A stretch of DNA of 33,091 nucleotides from a virus (taxonomy: Duplodnaviria; Caudoviricetes), in the IMG/VR virus record IMGVR_UViG_3300030433_003336, positions 1 through 33,091 of that record. One strand, given 5' to 3'. Shown one piece after another: positions 1 to 8,800 of this stretch. A program made the translations under genes and the position numbers. A model generated the notes under the pieces. The model did no database searches, had not been told where the DNA came from, and saw nothing but the letters and a program-made list of their open reading frames with translations. Each line of letters opens with the position of its first letter. Position 1 is the first letter of the stretch.

Positions 1-776
1 TTCTTTTCTTCAAGTGTTTCACCCTTCAGTGGTTCTGGTTTGATGAGATCAATGAATTCATATTCAGTTGCCTTGAAGTCATCTCTCCAGTTTGATAATT
101 CATATGACTCTTTCTTAGTGCTATTGCCCCAGTTAGCAGCACCAACTTTACGACACTTGACTAATGCACCAGAAGCATAAGCAGAAGGCCAGACAGAATA
201 ACGTGACTTGACCTTATGATAGCAGGCATCCCTTTTCTTTTTCTTCTCTTCTTCTACAATGTTTGCTTCTGGTTCAAACGAATTGTTCTGAGTTACCATT
301 ATTGCTTTACCTTTTCTATTTGGATTTGGATCTTCTTTACGTTTTTTAGCAGCTAGTTTATCTCTTTTATCCTTACTCATTGCAGCTCGATCGTCTGCAT
401 CACGGCAATATGGTTTGGTTGTTTGACCTGGTTGTTTGGCACATGGTTTTCCATCATATTTACCACCAGTTTGTTTCCATCCCCCACCTTTGAACCAGTC
501 TCTAAGTGAGTATCCTTTGTCTTTGGCAGACTTTCCATCACGTTTTTCAGATATGATCGATTCTGAAACTCCACCGCCATTAGATCCGCCATTAGACCCC
601 CCATTCCCATTTCCATTGCCATTCTGGTTATTTCCATTTGTCGGTGCGTCTATTCCAGTTTCTTCGGGTTCTCTTCCACCACCAGAAAATCTGGCGGTCA
701 TCTTCAAACCCTGAGGAATGGGCTTGCACTTCTCATCAGTATAACAGTAATAGTATCCCTGCTTACACTTTTTCAT
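1..776 (-). CDS. Modular hypothetical protein downstream of gp16, 3'-truncated by the window edge; not in the ORF track
   Basis: Hand translation from the ATG at 776-774 gives an open frame to the edge: MKKCKQGYYYCYTDEKCKPIP...NGNGNGNGGSNGGSNGGG...SLRDWFKGGGWKQTGGKYDGKPCAKQPGQTTKPYC...KRDACYHKVKSRYSVWPSAYASGALVKCRKVGAANWGNS...GETLEEK. A late-promoter-like CTAAATA lies about 27 nt upstream. Confidence 0.85.
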   Translation of the reverse strand, partial: MKKCKQGYYYCYTDEKCKPIPQGLKMTARFSGGGREPEETGIDAPTNGNNQNGNGNGNGGSNGGSNGGGVSESIISEKRDGKSAKDKGYSLRDWFKGGGWKQTGGKYDGKPCAKQPGQTTKPYCRDADDRAAMSKDKRDKLAAKKRKEDPNPNRKGKAIMVTQNNSFEPEANIVEEEKKKKRDACYHKVKSRYSVWPSAYASGALVKCRKVGAANWGNSTKKESYELSNWRDDFKATEYEFIDLIKPEPLKGETLEEK

Positions 777-791
777 TAATAAAAAAGTAAA

Positions 792-1220
792 TTACTCTTT
801 ATTATTTAGAAAACCTTGCTTTAGCATTTTCTGAAGTTCTGAAGTAGAACCTACAAAAACTGCATTGTTGGTAACATTATTTGTGGTCTTCTTAGAATCG
901 TCTTCAACGTCTTTGAGTTTCTTCTGAAGATCAATCAACTTATCTGTAGTATCTGCAACACTCTTAATCAACTGTCCTGCGACCTCATATGCTCTTGGAC
1001 TGCCTCCTTCACCCGCAACCTCCATAATACCGTTGATTGCCTCTTGACCCTTCTCTATGAGGGAATAGAGGTTTGCACGACTATACTCATAGTCTTTCTC
1101 AATATCTACATCTTTTGATTTAACAACCTCTGGTTTGGGAATTGGTTTCGATTCAACAATATCACTCGTTGTATTGAGTGCCTCATCGATAGGATCATAA
1201 TTATTACTCATGACAATCAA
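792..1220 (-). CDS. gp16: Terminase small subunit (T4 gp16-like)
   Basis: Motif DYEYSRANLYSLIEKGQEAINGIMEVA...PRAYEVAGQLIKSVADTTDKLIDLQKK...NNAVFVGSTSELQKML is typical of cyanophage gp16. It follows gp15. The true start may be the Met at 1211. Confidence 0.9.
   Translation of the reverse strand: MIVMSNNYDPIDEALNTTSDIVESKPIPKPEVVKSKDVDIEKDYEYSRANLYSLIEKGQEAINGIMEVAGEGGSPRAYEVAGQLIKSVADTTDKLIDLQKKLKDVEDDSKKTTNNVTNNAVFVGSTSELQKMLKQGFLNNKE
803..809 (-). promoter_or_regulatory. T4-type late promoter variant (CTAAATA)
   Basis: The + strand tatttag reads CTAAATA on the minus strand. It lies inside the 3' end of gp16, about 27 nt upstream of the ATG at 776. Confidence 0.55.
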
Positions 1221-2017
1221 ACATCCTCTTGTCTAGTAGGACTATACTCTTTACCGTCTCCAAAAGTCTCCCAACTTTCAGTAAATCCAAAATCATCACC
1301 AGGTTCTGCACTGATTGGATCAGGAACTGCAGTATATCTCATTTCACGTTTTGCAGTTTGGGTATTTGTATCTGCATACAAATCAACTTGAACCTTACGA
1401 ATAAGACCTTCGGTGCTTTCTGCAATCGGACCAAACAGATATGTCTTTGCAGTGAATCTTAAGGTATAAATTAGTGCTCTTCTTGTTTGAAAAGATCCCT
1501 CATAATCATCCTGGAAATCAATGCTATCGAGAACAACAGGAATATCTCTTTTTTCTCCAATTGAACTTGCAAGATCTACAGTTAGATTGAATGATGGTTG
1601 AAAGAATGGGAGTATTTGTTCAATAATTTGAAGAGCGTCATCATTTAATTTTGAGAAGATATTAAGTTCAAATCCTATATTATAGGGTACAGGCATATAA
1701 ACTTTTTTTGCATTCCCATCATCATCACAAGTTCTGAATGTTTGAGTTACACCAGTTTTTCTTGTTGGATCATACTGTATAGAAGTCATCTCAAATGACA
1801 TTCTGGGAAGAGTAATCGCAATTGATTTTGTTAATTGCTCTTGTTCTTGTATCTTTGCCAAGAACTTTTGCATTGGTCCATAAGAAAGACCAACCTTGGT
1901 TTCATCCAATACACTACCATCACTCTTAGTGTGACGAATTGAAACGTTATTAAATAAAGTTCCGAAAGAAATAATCGTCTTTCTTATAATTTCGTGATAA
2001 AAATAAGTTCCTAACAT
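1217..2017 (-). CDS. gp15: Tail sheath stabilizer / tail completion protein (T4 gp15-like)
   Basis: N-terminus YFYHEIIRKTIISFGTLFNN, plus LPRMSFEM, PVPYNIGFEL and QIIEQILPFFQP; synteny gp13-gp14-gp15-gp16. Confidence 0.93.
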   Translation of the reverse strand: MLGTYFYHEIIRKTIISFGTLFNNVSIRHTKSDGSVLDETKVGLSYGPMQKFLAKIQEQEQLTKSIAITLPRMSFEMTSIQYDPTRKTGVTQTFRTCDDDGNAKKVYMPVPYNIGFELNIFSKLNDDALQIIEQILPFFQPSFNLTVDLASSIGEKRDIPVVLDSIDFQDDYEGSFQTRRALIYTLRFTAKTYLFGPIAESTEGLIRKVQVDLYADTNTQTAKREMRYTAVPDPISAEPGDDFGFTESWETFGDGKEYSPTRQEDV

Positions 2018-3459
2018 TAATAACTACCAAATGGATTTGACTCTGTAAAATCTAATATATCGTCTGCTTCTGTTTCAATTTCTTCATTTGTGTCATAGGG
2101 GTTATCATAACTTTCAGTGTCGTAGTTATTAACAACATATCTAGCCGAAGAAATAGATCCTACAATAACTTCTCCAGTATAAAACTCACCAGTATTTAGT
2201 GAAACTCTGAGATCTGTGGATGGAGGAGTTCCTGGGAATGGAGATGTTGTAGTTCTAAAGTCTCTAACTCTTGCTGTTACTCCAGAGGATTGTCCAGTAA
2301 CAGTTTCATTATAAACAAATGTTCCAAAACCAACGGTGGAGAATCCTGCAATGGATACAGTTGGTGCCACAGTATATCCGACACCAGGTTTGATGAGATT
2401 AACTGAATTCAGTTTTCCATCACTGGTAATACTTGCAATACCAATCGCAGTCACTCCAGATCCAACAGGACCACTAATAGTAACTATCGGTTCATCTGTA
2501 TATCCTTGTCCTTGATTGCCAACAGTAATCTGATTAACGGAGAATTCTGTTGTTGATCCAATTGAACATGTGGCAGCTGCTCCACTTCCTCCACCACCAG
2601 AGAATGTAATTGTTGGTGGTGTCAAATATCCAACACCAGAATTTGTAATTTCAATTCTTTCTATAGATTGAACATTACCAATACTAGTAGTAATTGCAAT
2701 TGCACTTGCTGTAATAGTTCCAATTCCACCAGATGGATCAGAAATTATGACTTTTGGTGGAGAGGTATATCCAGAACCATCATTATTTAAAAATATCTCT
2801 GTGATAGATGATGCTGAAATTGTAGCAGTTGCTGTTGCTGTTACTGCTGTTCCAACAAGATTGAGAGTTGTGATGTATCCTTCATCTTCTACAGTATTAT
2901 CAACTTCTTCAATATTGGTATCAATAAGTTCATTCTCATATTCATAAAGTTCACAACTTAATTCATAAGTATAATTTTTTCCTAATTGATAAAAAGGTTT
3001 TTCGGATTCAACTCTTTTAATTTCAAATAATCGTTCACCAAGTGGAAAATAAATTAAATCTCCTTCTTTGGGTCTCGTAATTAAATCTGCAAATGTATAT
3101 TCGGTAATTCTACCCTCTCTAATTCCAGAAGAAATACCCTCCAAGAATGGTGCAATAAATTCTTCATATCTTTCTCTGGATATAGTCAAACTTATTTCAT
3201 TTTTTAGTCTAAGACCAAACTTGGTCATAATGTCACTATCTGGAGCATATCCATCATAATTATTGATGTATGCTTCCATCATAAAAACATCATCAAATTT
3301 TGATGACTGTATTTCCTTAATAATGTCATCAGTCTTAAATATTTTTCTGGGTAGATAATAAACGTCTACACCATATATTTTTAACTGCTCATTAATCAAA
3401 TCCTGAACAAGAAACTGTTCATTATTAGATCCCTGCAGAAAGAATGGATTTAGTGCCAT
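2017..3459 (-). CDS. gp14: Neck protein (T4 gp14-like) with inserted GxGY beta-repeat region
   Basis: Motifs EQFLVQDLINEQLKIYGVDVYYLPR, RPKEGDLIYFP, PFYQLGKNYTY and C-terminal DFTESNPFG; synteny. Confidence 0.92.
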   Translation of the reverse strand: MALNPFFLQGSNNEQFLVQDLINEQLKIYGVDVYYLPRKIFKTDDIIKEIQSSKFDDVFMMEAYINNYDGYAPDSDIMTKFGLRLKNEISLTISRERYEEFIAPFLEGISSGIREGRITEYTFADLITRPKEGDLIYFPLGERLFEIKRVESEKPFYQLGKNYTYELSCELYEYENELIDTNIEEVDNTVEDEGYITTLNLVGTAVTATATATISASSITEIFLNNDGSGYTSPPKVIISDPSGGIGTITASAIAITTSIGNVQSIERIEITNSGVGYLTPPTITFSGGGGSGAAATCSIGSTTEFSVNQITVGNQGQGYTDEPIVTISGPVGSGVTAIGIASITSDGKLNSVNLIKPGVGYTVAPTVSIAGFSTVGFGTFVYNETVTGQSSGVTARVRDFRTTTSPFPGTPPSTDLRVSLNTGEFYTGEVIVGSISSARYVVNNYDTESYDNPYDTNEEIETEADDILDFTESNPFGSY

Positions 3460-3464
3460 AACTA

Positions 3465-4331
3465 TTAACCAATAAGATCCATGGGTGGAAGTTCATAATC
3501 AGAAGACATTTTTTGTCTTATTTCATCCAACTCCCTTTGACCATCTTCGTAAATTGCTCTACCATTTAATTCAACTCCACCTGGAAGTTTAACACCCTGA
3601 AACTTAATTAAATTCTGTCCCCACTGCTTTTTAATAGCAGCAGTAAGATATCTTTTTACAAAACTATCATTATATACTTTTGAGAAATTTTCTGGGTCCA
3701 TTGCCCTATAACATTCTATAACCAAGTAATTACCTACGGTTTGCGACTCCCAATCAATATCAAGATATAATCTATTTTGCCTCTGGTTAAATCTGACTTG
3801 CTTATCAGTAGTTAATAACATATCAATATCTTCAAGATAAGTCTTAGTCATCGAATATTGCAATAATTCAACAGAGTTGAAATAATACAAATCATTCAAG
3901 AATAACTGATATTTGATGCTAAACATTCCTCCAGAAATACTACTAGTATCAAACTTAAATATTTTTTCAATACCAATTACTGAATCTGGAACTTGAATAA
4001 AATTAGATGTTTCGTAAAAATTAGAAGTTACTGTACCTAAACCAGCAATATTTGTTGATGTTCCTGTTGTGGTAACAATTCCAACACCGGTTGTAGTTAC
4101 ACCAACAGTTCCACCACCAGCACCTCTTCCCCTATCAATATCCTCTTGAGAAATTTTGTATTTTAAATATGTTTTCTCTACACCATCAAAATGTCTTTCA
4201 TTAAAATATTGAATTGTATCATCCAATAAATCATCAACCTGCTCATCTGCAACATTAATTTCAAGAACAGGTGCACCAAGTTGTCTCAGACAATAATCTT
4301 TTAATTCTTGTCTGGTTGTTGGTTTTGCCAT
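3465..4331 (-). CDS. gp13: Neck protein (T4 gp13-like)
   Basis: Motifs RQELKDYCLRQLGAPVLEINV and KKQWGQNLIKFQGVKLPGGVELNG; synteny. Confidence 0.94.
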   Translation of the reverse strand: MAKPTTRQELKDYCLRQLGAPVLEINVADEQVDDLLDDTIQYFNERHFDGVEKTYLKYKISQEDIDRGRGAGGGTVGVTTTGVGIVTTTGTSTNIAGLGTVTSNFYETSNFIQVPDSVIGIEKIFKFDTSSISGGMFSIKYQLFLNDLYYFNSVELLQYSMTKTYLEDIDMLLTTDKQVRFNQRQNRLYLDIDWESQTVGNYLVIECYRAMDPENFSKVYNDSFVKRYLTAAIKKQWGQNLIKFQGVKLPGGVELNGRAIYEDGQRELDEIRQKMSSDYELPPMDLIG

Positions 4332-5269
4332 CAGTAAATACCTCCATCAATCAATCCAGCTTCAAGTGTTCCTGCCACAAAAACATTATCTTGGAAAGTT
4401 GATACTCCAACAAATGTTGATAATCCAGTAACTGTTAAATTATTGGCAGTGCTTAACCCAGTGACACCAAGAGTTGCAATAGTTGCAATACCCGTAATGG
4501 TGGCATTTCTTAGAACAATTTCATCAAGTGTTATATCATCAGCAACATATAAGTCACCTCCAACATAAAGATCACCACCAGTAGTCGTAATGCCACCAGA
4601 TGATGCTAACGTAGTGACACCAACAACATTTAATGTTTCACCAATATTAGTAACATTAAGTTCGGTAAACCCGAAAATGTCAGCATCACCATTTACATCA
4701 AGTAATGTTCCTACTGTGGCAATTCCAGTTATATTCCAATTTCTTGCTTTTGCCTCATCATATACTATATCATCAGCAACATATAAGTCACCACCGACAT
4801 AGAAGTCTCCACCAGTAGTAGTGATACCACCAGCAGATGCCAAGGTGGTTACACCAACAGATTTAAATGTTGTATTTACTGTTAAATCATTTAAGATATC
4901 GACTGCAGCATTGATATCTACTTGAGATGCAAATGTTGCAATACCTGCAACTGAAAGACCTTCACCAATATTAACTCTTTTGCCAATTCCAACTCCACCA
5001 TTGACAATTAGAGCACCACTTGTTGTCGTTGTTGACTGTGTGGTATTAGAAAATGTTACGATACCAGTAATATTCAAAGATGACGAATCAATCGTATCCG
5101 TCATAAAGAATGTTTCTGTGGCAAGATCCCATACAAGGATCATTCCATCTTCATTCTTTCTCGTAGAATCTACATCACTTAAGTTTACTAATCGTGTAGG
5201 TGGTGCTGATGCATTAGATAAAACCCGGATTACATTCTGAGAACCAATCCTATCGTTAATATTCGGCAT
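4331..5269 (-). CDS. Short fibre-like virion protein with Gly/Thr-rich beta repeats
   Basis: GALIVNGGVGIGKRVNIG fibre-type motif, LSDVD motif, C-terminal IDGGIY and an internal duplication. It sits just upstream of gp13, where T4 has wac/fibritin. Confidence 0.65.
   Translation of the reverse strand: MPNINDRIGSQNVIRVLSNASAPPTRLVNLSDVDSTRKNEDGMILVWDLATETFFMTDTIDSSSLNITGIVTFSNTTQSTTTTSGALIVNGGVGIGKRVNIGEGLSVAGIATFASQVDINAAVDILNDLTVNTTFKSVGVTTLASAGGITTTGGDFYVGGDLYVADDIVYDEAKARNWNITGIATVGTLLDVNGDADIFGFTELNVTNIGETLNVVGVTTLASSGGITTTGGDLYVGGDLYVADDITLDEIVLRNATITGIATIATLGVTGLSTANNLTVTGLSTFVGVSTFQDNVFVAGTLEAGLIDGGIY
4532..4859. repeat. Intragenic direct repeat (about 93 bp x2, period 234 bp) in the fibre gene
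   Basis: The 27-bp core tatatcatcagcaacatataagtcacc is identical at 4532-4558 and 4766-4792. The repeat encodes VGVTTLAS(A/S)GGITTTGGD(F/L)YVGGDLYVADDI twice. Confidence 0.9.
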
Positions 5270-5604
5270 TACCTGGTTACTCCCCCTCGTATTAGTGCTG
5301 TACCTTCAACAGCTTTATACTCTCTACCAGCATTTAAAATTTTCACATCATATACATATCTTCCAGGTTTTAAACTAACCGATTGGTTTGCGGTCAAAGA
5401 TATTGAAATAATACCCAAATCTGGACTGGTTACAGTTGATCCAAGAGATACTGCATCAACTGCTCCATAATGTTTTCTAATTTGTGCAGTTGTTGATGCA
5501 TCAGTTAAAATCAAAGGAGAATTTGTTCTAGTGTCCTCCAACTGAAAGGATGTATCAAAATCATACCCTTGTTCGATCACAATATTGGATACATAAACAG
5601 CCAT
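5269..5604 (-). CDS. Small virion structural protein (beta-sandwich, BppU-N-like)
   Basis: The pattern NIVIEQGYDF...AQIRKHY...ISLTANQ...LKPGRYVYDV...VEGTALIRGGVT is common in cyanophage tail modules. It lies directly downstream of a TATAAATA promoter. Confidence 0.7.
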   Translation of the reverse strand: MAVYVSNIVIEQGYDFDTSFQLEDTRTNSPLILTDASTTAQIRKHYGAVDAVSLGSTVTSPDLGIISISLTANQSVSLKPGRYVYDVKILNAGREYKAVEGTALIRGGVTR

Positions 5605-5632
5605 TATTTTATGATGCTAATATACCTCTAGC

Positions 5633-5640
5633 TATTTATA
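5633..5640 (-). promoter_or_regulatory. T4 late promoter TATAAATA
   Basis: Exact consensus on the minus strand, intergenic, 28 nt upstream of the ATG at 5604. Confidence 0.85.
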
Positions 5641-5653
5641 TTAATTCTTTAGG

Positions 5654-5860
5654 CTAGTTATTTTTAAGAAATTCTTTAAGTAGTTCTTTTATTTCATTAA
5701 TATCCTTTTTCATAGCATCCAATTCTTCTTTTTGAGATTTTTCTTTTTCTATTCTTTTCAACCTCTGATTGTATCCAATCGTATCATAATTTAAAATTGC
5801 TCCAGTATCCTCATCTCGATAAAGATGAGGATGATCTTTTACTTTAGATAATTTCTTCAT
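5654..5860 (-). CDS. Small hypothetical protein with C-terminal coiled coil
   Basis: KVKDHPHLYRDEDTGAILN followed by a heptad-like tail (ELDAMKKDINEIKELLKEFL). Its start overlaps the upstream stop (ATGA). Confidence 0.8.
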   Translation of the reverse strand: MKKLSKVKDHPHLYRDEDTGAILNYDTIGYNQRLKRIEKEKSQKEELDAMKKDINEIKELLKEFLKNN

Positions 5861-8800
5861 TTCAATGCAATAGTTCTGAGATCTCTAATTATTGGATAAT
5901 TTGCTTGATCCGTTGAAGACATAACAATTTTAATTCTATATCCACTGAAGTCATCTAAATTATTTGCAGTAAATTCATACTCCAAGTATTGATCTTTTTC
6001 ACTTGCTGGAACCCTAACATCAGGTCTTCCATCATTTAATGAAGCATCTACAACTTTCAAGGAACCTTCGGAAGTTGCCTCAAGATTATTGAATCCTGGG
6101 AAAAGTTCAAAGTCTTGTTCAATTCCAACGGAATCTTCTCTAACTAAACTGTAGAGAACTCTAATGTCTGCTGGATCTGGTCTATAAGCAGTTAACAGAA
6201 CTTTAAGGGACGATGCTGGTTGTGCAAGACTTATTACATTTGAAACATAAATTGCATCGTGCGAATCATTGTCAATTGAATTAGTAGAAGAATCTGTAGC
6301 ATAATTTGTTACAGGTCTGTTTATGGCATCTGAAATAAATTCCACTGTAGAATCATCTAGAAACACCATTGGTGAAAGATTTTCATCAGTGGTATTCAAT
6401 GTCAATGTAGAATTAAATGATCTCTTTCCAGATACATTAGTAAATGCGGATTGATTTAATTCATTTACTCTGGAACAAACCATACGAACAGAATCTAATT
6501 CGTTCTCTTGATTTGGAATTACAGATTCTACAGTATTTTGGAGATCAAAAGAAACTTCACTTCCACTAATACTGGTTCCTGTAGTGGTCCTTACATTTGC
6601 AGATACAGAAGTTTGTTTTCCTGGAGATAAGATATTAAATCTTGGATTGATTCTATTGAAAATAATATTTTCAGATGCTTTAATTTCATTACCACCACCA
6701 ATCAGTTCAGTTGCAAATGATAATTTTGGATATGTGCCATCTGTTGATCTGTCAAGTCCAATTGCCTTTCCTTCAATAGATGATGTTGCACCTCTATCAA
6801 TTTCAATATAATATGAATCATTTTCAATTCCAGTATCGGAAATATCATAAATTACATTATTAATTCTTCTAAGTGAAATTCCATTAAATTCATATTTTAC
6901 TATTTGATCATTGATATCATGATTTTGAGCAATTCCTTCAACTGCTCTAGAACTAATAGTCAATTGATTTGATGTTGCAGAACTATATCCAACAATTTCA
7001 TCACCAATTTTCACATATCCAATATTAGTGGTATCAACACTGTGACCTTCAAATGTCTCAAAAGAAGTAGAATCTTTAACCTCAATAATTCCCGATGCAC
7101 CAGTTGTAGAAAGAAGTTGTGCTTCTAATGTTGATGGTGCTACATCAGAAGTAACATCACTCAATGTCAATTTATTATTATTGGCATACATTCCATGATT
7201 AAAATGCTGCACTTGTAAATAATTTCCGGAGAAAATACCACCGTCGTCCGTAGAACTTAAAACATCAGTATTGGCAAGAGAAACTGTGGTGGTATCAGTG
7301 TCATAATAAACCAAATCTCCCGTTGGAATCGAACCCTGAACATTTGTTAGATACAAGGTATCAACATCACCACTAGCAGTAACTGTAATAGTAGCATTTC
7401 TACCAGTTTCACCTGAACCATTTACAATTGAAACAACGTCTCCAGTTGCATATCCGGTTCCCGGATTACTAACAGTTATTCCAGTAATATTTCCATTAGC
7501 ACCAACACTACCAATGTTTACTGTCAATCCACTACCAGTTCCAAAAACATTAGTTGTGCTTCTTACACCAGTTGTATAATTTAAACCAGCATTAGTTGCT
7601 GTAACACTAGAAGCACTGCTTCCTGTAGAAACAATAGTTGCAGAAGAATTTCCTGCTCCTGCAATTCTTCTACCAGTAGTCAAAATACCAACTAATGCAT
7701 CACTAGAGATGATTGTAGTAATACCAAGAGTTACATTTTTTGGTAATGCTGTAAGTGCATTTTCCTGAAGTGTTGGAATATATCCATTACTAGAATCGAG
7801 TGGAGGATTTCCAAAATGTACAATGCCAGTATTTGCTGTGAATTTTGCTTTATAAAGTTTAAACTTGAGATCTGATTCTTGTGCAGGAGTCCATGTAGAC
7901 CCATTCTGTGATTTAAACAAACTTCCAAGTGCAAATTGTTTAGAATATACCAATGCTTCAGAATTTGGAAGATTTGCAGTTTCAATAGTTTTCTCTCCCA
8001 TTTTTCCGGTCCAAACTTCATATTGGTCGGTATTTGGTGCAAGTAAAACTATTGCATATTCTTGACCTGGTGGAAGATAAATTGGTTGGTCAAATGTTAC
8101 TCTAGTTGCAGTTTGTCCATCTTTTGAAGTTGTAATATCACTAGGTAATAAAGTTTTTGGTTGTCCAATTCCATTCAGAGTTGGAATTCCAAGTTCAACT
8201 GTTCTTATGTCAACAGTAAGTGGTTCCTGACCAGCTGGTTTTGATGCAAAGAATAAATCTACCTCAGTCAAAAATACTCCATTATCATCATCACTATTAC
8301 CATTAAAATCTGGTGCCTCAATATCTCTACCAACAACAAAAGTTTGTGCTAGTGGATCTCTTCTTCTCCTTATTCTTGTTATGGTTCTAGTTATAGTAGT
8401 TACTTTTTGTGTTACACGGAAAGTTCCATTTGCAGTATAAGTATCACTACCAGAGGAGATAAGTGTGCTTCCTGGCAATGGAGCTTCATTAGTAGAACTA
8501 CTGGTCAATGTATAAGTTTTCTTTCCTGTCAAGATTCTTGGATTTGGTGCCGGATTTACATGTGGATTCTTGATAAAGAATGATCCAAACAATGTTCCGT
8601 TAACATCAGAGATAAATCTCAAATCTTTGACGTATGCGATTGCACCACTAGTTTGTCCAACAATCTTTGCACCCTTTTCCAAATATCCATTGAAACTTCC
8701 TTGTGCTTCCGATGTCAATGAAACAAGATCAATGTTTAGTGTTTTGGAAGATTGACTATATCCAGAGGATATAGACTCAGATGTTACATATGGATTTGTT

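Noticed and set aside
571-630. Short tandem repeats (ccgccattagat x2; ccatt-based hexamers)
   Set aside because: They simply encode the Gly/Asn/Ser linker of the 1-776 protein; there is no evidence of a separate element.
436-714. 92-aa Pro-rich + strand ORF and the 86-aa minus ORF at 377-637
   Set aside because: Both are shadows of the real minus-strand gene 1-776. The Pro/Phe richness is the antisense of Gly/Asn codons.
4532-4859. Possible diversity-generating retroelement TR/VR pair in the fibre gene
   Set aside because: Differences are mostly synonymous and not adenine-specific, both copies lie in the same ORF, and there is no reverse transcriptase in the window.
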